Shown here in pieces: positions 46,201 through 58,200 of a stretch of 64,000 nt of DNA. Within the stretch, counting starts at the first letter, position 1. Each line of letters starts with the position of its first letter. The position numbers and the translations under genes are program-made. The stretch is from Botryllus schlosseri (Eukaryota), in assembly GCA_051294905.1 (NCBI GenBank), contig CM119379.1, positions 20,460,001 through 20,524,000 of the forward strand, given 5' to 3'. Under the pieces are notes generated by a model. It did no database searches and was not told the DNA's origin. It worked only from the letters and a program-made list of their open reading frames with translations.

Positions 46201-49200
46201 TTCTCCTGAAGCAAAGTGGTGGAATTGAACCAAATTTTGTGTGTAGGCTTAAATTTGGTAACCTAACAATTTTATCAAGTAGCCAGTACGATTTGAGAAA
46301 AAAAATCATTTTTGAAGAGCCCTAATATATATCGCTGTGAGCGCGCGCCGTATCCGAAATATATATATATGTTAGTTTTTTGTGATAACAATTGATTAGT
46401 CCTGTTAATTGAAGCATGGACTCGAATTGGGAGACACATATTTGGCAACACGCTGGGGATAGAATGATAAAGCTGCAGACGCCATTCTTAACCAAATAAA
46501 GTTCAATATGATGTGATATCCAATCATGTTTGATGGAGCAATGCTATCAGTGAATATTGTCCTACAGCGCTAGCATTGTTTAGCTTGGCAGTGCGGATTA
46601 TCGGTTGTAATTCCGACCAAGTCTCGTTGACTCTAATAACAAACAGTTCTTTTGGTGGTAGACTCGGTTTCGGTACCAAGTATCGGCGGCCAGACGGTGG
46701 AGGGTATTTATTTTGTGTACAGTACAGTCGCGGCCCGTAAGTGATTCACGAATAGACGGCCCTTTGAGGACTGATGTTTATTTGCAAAACTCATTACTAG
46801 GCTGCGCTCTTATGCGCAAACAAATAGGGCTCTGCAGCGAATGTCCCGCAAATAGTAAAATAAATTATATGATATCATTCACAATAGAGTTACCTTTGTG
46901 AAAAGTTTGTTCGTAAATTAAATTATAGGGGTATTGTCTATATGGGAACATGCACCTTCTTTGTGCTTCAGACGGCGCCGTCGCACTTAATCAGTTTTAA
47001 AGGCGCTTTCTGCTTTTTTTACGCAGCGATTTATATTTGCGGATATTGTCCAATCCAATTAGAGTAGCCACTAAATTGTTCTCCGCATCTGCGAGCGACA
47101 GCGCGCGCGACGCATATTGGAAATTTGAGAAAATTAATAAAACTTTTTAACCGCCGCGGAAATCAACGATTAATCGATAGTCTCGGGATGGTACATATTT
47201 CGGAAGTCAGCCACTTCCATTTGCAAATTGGTCGCGGATGATAGTATATAAGCAATTGAGCATATGATGAGTTTCTCCGGTTTGGTGTGTAGCTAGCATG
47301 TAATACATCGGCGGCAGACTGCAAGCCTCTCTTGTGGTTTTACTACAGTGAAGACGTAATATCTAACATTACGCGAAATCCGCGATTTTATGGCCTGCGC
47401 GCGATATTGGATACAATAAATCGCGTCTATCTTTCACGAAGCCATACAGCTATATACGAGCTTTTGGAGGAATTAACTTTCTCCCGTTCGCAGTTCGCTT
47501 CAGCAGGCGGTGCGGGGTTGGCGGAGTTGATTTTTGACCGATTTTTAAAACCCTAAATCGGCTTAATCTCGGCTGGTTTTACTTTCGGCGCCTTTGATTG
47601 CATTATAATGCGGCGCGGGTGGATTTCGAGAGAAAAAAAAAATTTCCGCCGGCCTCAACCCGCGAAAAAAGCAGCGGCCGACTATTACGTAGCGTGCCGT
47701 TTTCTGACTTTGACAGCGCCAAGTTCCCGATGCGCATTTCATTATCGCCTCGAGTAGGAGTGGTTTATGAGTATGATACAGTCGACTACACTGAGAATGC
47801 TTTTAGCGCAGCCAAGCACCGGTGATGTTTTCGCGATTGTAAAATTTTAAAGGCGTACCCGGTCAGCGACGCAGTGCAGTGTTTTCAGAAAAATTGGCGA
47901 GTAATCGCTGTTGATTTAGCCGCTGTACCTTGTCGTTACGAATGGAATTTATCCGTTTATAAAGTGTAAAGTGAAGAGCTTGGAGGTACAGAACTTCAAT
48001 ATACAATTGAATAGTATATTCATATTGAAATGAACCCGAATGTTTTCGGCCGACACTCGTCAGGGGTAATCGTCAGCAACTAGTCACCAATTCTCAACTA
48101 GTTGCTGGCGATTACCCCTAACGAATGTCAGCCGAATATATTCGGGCTCATTTCAATATGAATATGCTATTCAAAGTGTTAAGTGTAAAGTGAAAGTGAA
48201 GTGAAAATATTAGACCGCATTTGGAGATTTTCAGTTTTGCCCACATAACGTGCTGCATACCTCACCACGAGTGTGATCCAGTATTTGTTCCGCAGTGTAG
48301 ATATTGGTTTGTTACAAACGGGTTTAAATTTAGGTATGTTAATGGTACAGCCGTAGTCCATATCGGGTACTTCTGTCTTACACCGACGGGCAATTTCCAT
48401 TACGCGTACGCTCATTTATCAATATTTTATTGTCGCCCCGTTTGGTATATATATCGTTGCCGGCATGAGAAATTAATATCTCTCGCCGTTCGCTAAATTA
48501 CGCATTCAATTCAGCACATTCGCCATTCCGTTAAGCTACTTCTGTAGCTTCTAACTCGTGTGAGTGTTTGAGAGAGTGAAATCCGCATATCTGCGCCATC
48601 ATAATGGTATAATTTGTCATGATTTTCCTCGCGAATAAATTCTGGCGCTTCTGATGGATTGCGGACTTCGCGGCGGGCGAGGTTTCCTCGCTTTAGCACT
48701 CGACTTTACGAAATCGTTCCGGAGAGCTCTCGAGATGCCGCTGACTCAAAACCGGTAGCGTCTGATCCTATTAGCGTCGAGTGCTCGATTCGTAGCCGTT
48801 CGTTTTTGTTAAGCGATAAAGTGAGGGATTATAGCAAGGCGATCTTAGTGTTTTCGTATTATTATAAGTTTTACCTCTGGCCTGTCCTTGGGTATGACAC
48901 AGCGCCTGCGGTTACCCGGAAAGCTGGATCTTAATGGTTGCCATGTTAATTACTCATTAGCTCACTGTCGGGATGTGGTTTTTGTGACTTTCCGAGTCCT
49001 CAGCTTGGCCTATCACTGATGTAGATCCGTTGTTGTCCGAGCACGGCTTACATAGTATATGTGAGGTGATGGATAACAGGCTGTGTTCTATAGTCAGTGC
49101 AAATACTAAATCGAAGTTGAAGCTCAGTGTGTGTATTTTTATCTCGGTGAACTTTAACGGCGTAACGTAACGACTATGCTGGACTACATGTCAGTTTCGA

Positions 49201-52200
49201 GTGATCTACTTGCAAGCCTGGTCATAATCCGTACATTCCATCGTATGAATGTTCTGACTTTAACCTAACTTATGCATGATATCGTAGTGGTAAGTCCAAG
49301 TGGGACTTTAAACCTCTCTTTACTAATATCCTCGTAAAAACAACTCAATATTGGTCAATTTCTGCAGCGTTCCAATTAACTTTGGTCATCCTCTCTGTTC
49401 TTCCGCCAACGCGTCAATAGTTGTCGTTTCGGAAATGCACGTGACCTGCGTTCATCTGCGACATGCCTTACAAATAGCATTTGTTTTGATATTGGATAGT
49501 AACGCCGCGGGCATGTAAATACTATTGGTAGATTGCTCAGTATCGCATACGCCTTCTGCGGTGTGCTTGTAGCTACCAAGCCGGCAGAAGCAGGACGATT
49601 ACAGGAGATCAAACGAAAGTCCCACTATTTAGATGACTATGTCATTCTGTGGGAATACAGCCGTATAGTATGGGTAGTGGGCACTGTGCCTGGTGCAGTC
49701 GTGCAGAGGATAATGGCTGTACTCTCTCTTTCGCTCTCGTTCTCATTATCCAGATTACTGGTACCTAAATACAACCAAATTCTCCAATGACTTAGCAACT
49801 CGGCAATTACATAGCACCGTAACAAATAGACTTTCATTAAAAAGTATCCCGATGAGATGCCGCAGCATCCTGCAGCAACACAAGTGTTGATATAGTAACC
49901 TTTTAAGCTAGACACAAGGTCATGTCAGTCTTCTGAATTCGCGTCGCTTGTTTACTAATACCTTCACCGAGCCGAGGGCATGTAAATCAATAGAGAATCG
50001 TGTTCGGTAATTCCTTCGAGATCCCTCGTTTGGGAAAGCAAACATATTAATTGTCGGTTAACTGCTGCGACTAATTCCGCCAGTGAAGTAAGTAGCGCCA
50101 TCGCGAGTAAGGTCAAATGCTTACTATCCGTCATCCGACTTTATACTTTATGTATTTATGTATTATGTAATTCATGATCCACTATTTCCGCAATATTTTA
50201 AAGATATCTACCCCTTGGAATCCAGGAAGTAAACTATGTTATCCAGAGGTGCAGAAAGAATGAAAATTGGAAGGGGCGAGAGTTTTTCAACACTAAAACG
50301 ACATCATATATATGTTATATTGTGACGCAACACACGTTTAACACGTCACATGATGCCGTCTTCCGTCGCTTCTGGCTACACTCCTATTCTCGTCCATTGT
50401 GGTAGTATATCGATAGTTGGATACGCATGACGATAAGTTTTAAGGGAAGGAGCACAAATAAAAAGCACAACCATGTCAAACTCCATGCAATTTTCAAGGT
50501 TCATATCAATCTGTGTGAAACAAGCCGTTGCGTAGTTAACGGCCGATGAAAGCCTTCACACTTAACTGCTATTGGTGCATCTTACTCTTTGAAGTGTGCG
50601 CGATGCCCTCTCTCGGCAACTAAACTGCAATATGAATAATGGATGTTAACAACAGTGTGACGTGAATTCAGGAGACAATTGTTTAAACTTAACTTGAACC
50701 TGATAGTTATGTACATGTTAATTTTAAAATTACGGACACCGCGATAGTGTGACTCGACTTTGTCATTCGCTTCAAGGGATCGCACTACAAGTGTTACGTC
50801 ACTCTTAGGAGCAAATATCCGAGTATATTTTGCTCTAAAATATGTGCATCTTCATTTCTTTCAGATCAGTTATTTTATACTAAACCTATGGAATACTGTA
50901 TTATAGTTAAGATATCTGGCAGTATACAGTAAGGACTACCATTTCTTTCGAGGGCCTGTACTGTTAGCAGATTTGCAAAATGTTGGTGAAGTTGTCGAAA
51001 CTACGTTTCCGGTGAGTATATACTTCCACAGGACATGGACAGCATATAGGTGCATACTGTCGTTTCCGAAAATAGTACTGTGGAGTGGGCATAATCTGCC
51101 GTGATGGCTCAGTGAGTGTCGGACTCAGCTGGCTGTTTCGTGTGTAATGCCCTGCGGAATCTTAATTGGGGAAAATATCGACTTTCTAGTTTTGAGGTGG
51201 GTGATTGCTTTGAAAGGACTACGGATCGCGAGGGATGCTTTACGCTGCGTGTCACAGTATTTAAAATCGGTCAGCACCAGCTTATGTTTAGTAACGTAAC
51301 TTCATTAAACCTGGATATATTCTAGTGTGCCGAACCGTACATTAGTTGGCAGGAGATAGCAGCAATAGTGACATTACAGTTATGCCTCTCATCGACTATT
51401 TTACATTTTATTACTATCCATTTGACCAATATTTTTGTCGTTAGGGTGTATGTTTTTAAACTCGTTTGACCCAGTTTTTGGTAATTTCGTTTCTCGTCAT
51501 ATGTACTCTCAACGACCCGACCGTTTCTAGGTATATTTTCGAATGTCTTATCTAACAGTCACGGGCGTCAGTTCAAAAGTTATGTATATGTCATTGGAAC
51601 GGGTCGCGGGTTTGCGTTATCTGCCAAACTTAACCTTCCCCGTCCGTCTCTGTAGACTCAGACTATCTGCGTTCGCCGCGTCAAATCGTAGCAGCCAGTT
51701 GTATTTTTTATTTCTCATGACAGCGACGGTGGTCTGTTTCAATTTTTCAAGTGTAGGCCGCGTCCGCTGTTATCTCTTTATGTTGAACCGCACGGTCACC
51801 TCGGTGTGAACAGGTGTGGCCTCAAAGTGTCGTCTTCGAATATGAGTACTAGGGATATAATTTCTGCATTACCTAGCCTACATGTTATAATGCCGAAGCA
51901 TTACGCCGATATAGTCCGTAAGTAATTGACACGCGAATATCAACAGCCGTTGACAACGCGCGTGACTAAATGCGTCTTACAACAGCATGTATTTGTCAAT
52001 TTATAGTTCAAGCGAATTACCTGATGTTTTGTTTTGTTATGGCCAAGAAAGTCTGCATTATGATTGGACAAATTGCGTGCGGGTCCTTGCGTAGTATTTT
52101 AGCCTTACGTTGACGGTTACAAGATAGGATTTCTGTAACCGCAACTCGATAGTGATCACAGCTTGAATTCGATGGGTTTTAGTCGGCGCTTAGCCTCGAA

Positions 52201-55200
52201 TTTCCACTCGATCAAGGCTGAATGGCTATTTTATTTCCGTGTGATCTCGTAACCTTGGACCGCACAACTTTGCATCGGCGAATGACCATTGACCAATGAA
52301 CTCCATTTCTGATTGTCCGCAAACTCAAATGGTATATTATGATCGCCGCAGTGATTTGATATCAGTTAGTAGGTATAGTAGACCGTGCGTGTCTTTTCCT
52401 GCTAATTAATCTCTCACAGCGACCAATTCTCAAAAGAGTTTCTCAGTACGTAACAATAATATTTTGTCAACATGTCGCGCGACTCACGCCTACTAGACGC
52501 GTGAGTGGCTACTTAAACTGGAACTGGGTTCTGCATTGCAGCAGGCCGCGCTGGACGTTGGCGATAGCAAGACTTGATTTAGCCTGGATCGGCGGGTTAC
52601 TTTTCCTCCTAATGGCGTGCAGTATCCACTTGAATCGGCGCTTGAGATTACACGGCACGCTGGGATCGCTTATTCTTTGATTCGGGAAAGATGCCCCTTT
52701 AAGATCATTACTACTCTCTTCAAACGTTGCAATCGAATTAATTTAAAAGTGCTTTGTTTACCCGTTTTTTACGCGGATTCACTTCAAAACGGGTTGCGCG
52801 CAAATCTGCTTCGTTTTTATACTCTGTCGTCGAAAACATGGCCTGTGTTAACTGTATCGATGCTTTTCACCCCGCGTAGATCAACCATAGCGCCTTTAGT
52901 TATACAAAGCAGCACACAATTAGTATGGAAGTTTCAGCGACGCGTGACAAGATACCTCATTGAATTCTCACTTATGCCGCCAAGTACAGATTTTCTTTAT
53001 CAACCGCTACTGGCGCGCCAGCCTATTTACACACCAAACCAAGTATCATATCGCGGTCGCTAACTATTATCACATCTGCTGCGTCTGTATACACGGCACA
53101 CCTGGGGGAATTACTTTTCTTGGCCTGTTCTTATTTGCGAGGGATCTCAGTCGTGGTCGTGATCAAGCAGTCGGTTTGTTGCATGGTGTGGTTTAGCTAA
53201 TAGTAATAAATGTTTTGGATATTGACTCTCCCTAGTCCCTAGTCCTGCTTTGGAATCTTGAATACCAAGCTGGAACTGACCAATATAGTATTTTATACAT
53301 TGCGATAAAACAATCACATTCACTAAAGAAGCACTTCAGCAGTGCTGATAAAAAGTGTTCCACAAAGACAAGAGTTTCACGCCTTGTATGGGATATTAAT
53401 TTTCGTTCAAGGTAATTGTGTCTGTCATTGCACAGATGATCAGAGTTTTACGGTTTTCAAATCTCAATCTGACTTAAATTGATATCATTTCCAAATCCAA
53501 GCCCATCAATTGCACATCAAATTTTTACAAAGTTCAACTGGAATTTCAAATAATATGAATACCATACACATATCCTAATTCGTAACAATCATAAATCCAA
53601 ATCTGTTACAACCAGAACATAGATCGAAAATCGCAAAATGACTTGAGAATCAATCAGAAAGTAGCAGAATTGAACTCTGCAACAAATATTTCAAACATAT
53701 ATTTTTTGTGATCTTACAGAGCAACACCGCAGACGATATATTAGATAGCTTCCATATACTATGCTTAGTTATGTTCCTTTGCAACACTTACCTAACCTAG
53801 TTGAGGGTACGGGATGTTGTTCTTACAAGTTGGCCTGGGAGCCACCTCGTTGTCTCGCTGTAAAATTTGGGCCATTTGCCCTTTGTACTACTTGATGTTA
53901 TCTGATCTATTCTGTTGTAAAATAGCTAATTACTTGAGAAGTTAGTGAATGGACAGGGTTGATTTGAGAATATATCGGTGCACTTGTTTCACTTCAAATA
54001 AATAAAGGCGGAGGAAGGTCTCTTAGGTAGGATTTTCCGGGTCATTGATGGGAATCGGATTTCGATTTTAGAGCTATAGGTAAGACCGCGTAATAGAGCT
54101 GGGATCGTGGATTGTTTCAATTGAGGCTTAGCCTGTGATCTAACATTGCATCTTTGACAGGAGTTGCGTTTTGAAGAAAAAGACATAGCTTGCCTTTTCT
54201 TGATGTTCCTTGTTCATAAAATTGTAATCAAACCATGTGGTTGGCGTCCACGAAACAGTATATACCCCAATGAGGCGGAGTTTTGAAGTAGGCTCATGAA
54301 TGCAAAAGATAGGTTTGAGGATTTTCAAATTCTATGTGTTATGTACCCAGCAAGTAAGCACCCCAAATTGTATGGAATTCTGGATATTTTGGTTTGGCAT
54401 CATCTTTGATATTCAACGCCATTGTACATCGTCAATATAACGGAATTTTTTGTCATCTTTGACCAATTCATTCAGTGCCCTTGGTTAGACCACCATTCAA
54501 TGGTGGTGCACAGGTTCATAATGTCATTCTTCCGGCAAGTTACAGAAGGTGTGAGGCTTGTTTCCAAATTTTAACACTAGCCTATCACACCACCTTGGCA
54601 TCAAATTCTGTTTTGTCACGATACAGCACATTCTTCCTTAACACTAGTCGTATATTTACCTTATTTCTTGTACAATCATGCCATAGTTTGTTTGCATTTG
54701 TATGCGTCGGGTCTGCTGCAGCGCAATATTTGCAATTTTAACTGCATTCACACTATCTGATTCTTTACGGTTGCCGTTGTATTTCAGCAAGAGCAGTGAC
54801 AGCGCAAAAGCTAAGAAGAAGGAAGCGGCCAAAGCGAAGGCTCAGGAGGACAGCGATAGCGAATTCGGTTTCAATCACGTTCAACCAAAGACTTCACATT
54901 CCATGCCTTTGAAGTGAGATACTTTATTGGCTGTGAGAGTTATTTATTGCATTTACAGTCGTCAGCTCTTGAGCACCGTGCCGTCGTTTTATTCTTATTT
55001 GTTCTAGCTACTAGGATATATGTTAGTATAAAAGTGTACACTTATGATATAACATTGCTGCCGAGGCTTAACCTTGGACTGAAAAAACTTCTCCCTCAAT
55101 TTTGGTTTGATTTTTCTGCACATACCTACCCATTATGAGTGCGCCTTTCCCCCTGTTTAGTGATTCTAAAGCAAAGGAGCGCGAAAAGAATGAAAAAAAG

Positions 55201-58200
55201 AGCACAGTCCCGAAAGCTGCCACTCAAAACGGCACGTTGAACAATAATAGAACCGATAAGAGTTCGAAGAGTCCTCAACGAATGGATGCGTCTCCGGAAA
55301 AAGCGCGGACCCCAAAACACAGGGAGGATACGCAACAGCGAGCGCCACCTTCACAAACACAGAGCCCCCATTCTGCCAATAACCAGCACAGGAGATCCGC
55401 ACAAGGTAACGTTTGAAATCAGTCTTTTGAGAATCTATTTTGTCACCCAGTCTATAATCGTGTTTTACAGATTTTTATCTGTGCAGTCAGTTTATTGAGC
55501 TTATATACAGTAAGGTTATCACGATAAAAATGAGTGCCAGATTTGTTGCAAATCATTCGAATATCGGACATATCTTGTCTGCGCCTGCGTTATGCAAGCA
55601 TTTTAATGAATGTTTCATTGTAATCTCGTGATTACCTGTTAAATATCCCATGCTCAATCAATGTCCAAAATGGATTACGTTATTTTTAGATCCGAGGCAT
55701 GTCGTGCCTCCATATCATGGGCCCACGGTGCCGAACGTGCAGCCATATCCTCAGCATAAGCAGGCTCGCAGAGAGAATGGGGAATCCGCATACTTCTCGG
55801 ACACGTCGGGAGCTACTGATAACAGGTAATGGAATTACACTATCACTTTCAAGATAATACCCATTTCAGTAGATGTTTTACTCTGTAGTATTCGGGTCAC
55901 GGTGGGGATAGACAACTGATAACTGCCTAATCGGTAATTTTGATAGCGTAATCATATTTACTTTACACACAAACCCGTCCTTGCAAATTAGCTTTGTATG
56001 GCCTCATGTTTGATCTGTTGATAACATAGTATTGCGCTACGTGTTACCTGTGGACTCGTGTTACGGTGAAAGGTGTGAAATAACACGCGCTGTTACGTTG
56101 CAGCAACCCCCACGCGCAACGACCATTAACTACAGAAGAACAGAAGAAAATACAGCGTCAAAACTCATACGTGAAGCTTCATAACTGGGTTGTAAATCAA
56201 AAACTGAAACAGCAATCAGGCAGCACCATGAATTCACCGCAAAGGTATGGTTTGTGGTTAACATTTCTAAACGGGCTTTGCTTTCTCATTCTACAGTCGT
56301 AGCGTGGTTTGGGCTAATAGCTGTGAGAAGAGCCTGATAGTGTGATTTTATATGTATATCTTGTAATGTGAAATAAATACGATGTAAAAAAGGGCTTGAT
56401 GGCTCAATGATCACTCGTAAATATTTGGCTATATTTGGATTTGTCATTAATGTTAATGGCGTTGTCATCTGGCTTGTGGGTAGTGAAACATTTCCATCAA
56501 TGAGGTATGCATGGCTGTGAAGATCATTTTATGTGATGAGTCGATGCTGATATCTGCCTTCAAATAATGTTTAAATTTATTATCTGGTATATTTGTGTCC
56601 TGTATTATTCATTTTTTTCTTATTGGAAACACAAGCTTAGTTTCATGGGATTTTTTGTTGATTCGCAGAATTCAACAACCTCCTACCAATTTCGACTCGG
56701 CAAGCGAATTCAGCTCGGTCAGCCAACAATACCCAAGAAAAAAGTAATCTTTTTTTGAATTGCATTGCTATTTTTTAAGTCAATGCCTTTGTTTTTAATG
56801 CTTATAAGCTCCAGAGTGCCGGAATCCGTAATTACATATCTAAGGTACCTTGATATCTACCGCAAAGTGCTAAAATGCATCACCGTTGTCTTGATGTTGT
56901 ATTGTTTTTTGACAAAAAAGTGGCCAAATGTTGTGTTAATTTGTTTGTGTCTTCACGTGCAGGTTGTGCAATCTGCAATTTTTGATAGTAGTCCGAATTC
57001 TTTGTTCCTGTAAGCTGTAACTGTACATTCATGTGGGATCTATGTTATTCTCAAGTTTCTGAGTGTCCAAATTACCTGCATGTTAACCTGCTTATTTCTG
57101 TGCTTTGCTGTATCCTGACGAAATCATGTCAGCTGTCAACTACTGAATTTATATTACAATCCGTTCTTGAAATCAACCGATGCAACTTCATGCACTGTGA
57201 CTGTTTGGTAACTGTTGTCGGTAAACTTTGTTGGCCCAGGCGTTCTTGGAGCAACCCAAAAGTACTCCATAACAATGTGTGTGTTATTTGTAAAATTAAC
57301 TGCTGTTCACAGCACTGCAATGGGTAACCGCGGAACCCCAAAGTCCGGCCCTCCCTCGAGCAGACGATACAGGGCTCGCACTTACAATGAATATATGGAT
57401 CCCATGGAGGTCGCTTCGAGCACGATCAGCATGCCGCCGATACAAACCATGAACAGGACCCCCAATCACCATCCTGCGGCCCGAACATTGCCCAGGCCGA
57501 TATCTTCAGAGGTAAAACGATTGGCAAATATGATACGGTTGCCGCCAATGTGTCAATATGAATCCATTCGTGGTACAGTACTTTAGAATTACACAAAACG
57601 AGACCTTCATATCGGTAATTTATTCACTGAAAGCTTTTTCATCGGCATTCATCAGTAGTGAACGTCGGTAATATGGTGAATCATATTTGAAATTTAGGAA
57701 ATAATTTTAGACCTTCATGGAGGTAGAGAACTACAATATACATTTGGATAGTATGTTCATATTAAAATATAACTGAATATCATCAGCTGCTAGTAGAGAA
57801 TTGGAAAGATATAGGCCTGCAATGTTCTCTACAATTATCTACTAGTGGCTGACATCTACCCCTGACAGTGTCTTTACACTACGACTCAGACTCTACTCAT
57901 CACTCCCTGACTTTGTCTCAGACTTGACTCGAGTCAAAACCATAAAATTAAAATTGACTTGTGACTCGGCACCTTATGATTCATTGCTTTGTATTGCTGG
58001 GTTCGCTTTTAGTCAATCATTTCACTATATGAAGTTTTTGCTATATTCAACATGAAGCCGTTTCCGGTTCAGAACGTCCGCAATTCCAATCGCCAGCAAC
58101 GCCGTTCCGGATCAGCAAACAGGATGACATCGTCAAAAAGTGCGGGAAACATCGTCGCGGTGGATCAGTACGGCAGCCCGGTGTCACCCAGGCAGGCGCC

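Noticed and set aside
47264-47270. ATGATGA C-box downstream of TATA-like and octamer-like motifs (possible snoRNA)
   Set aside because: No D box (CTGA) or terminal stem at a suitable distance.
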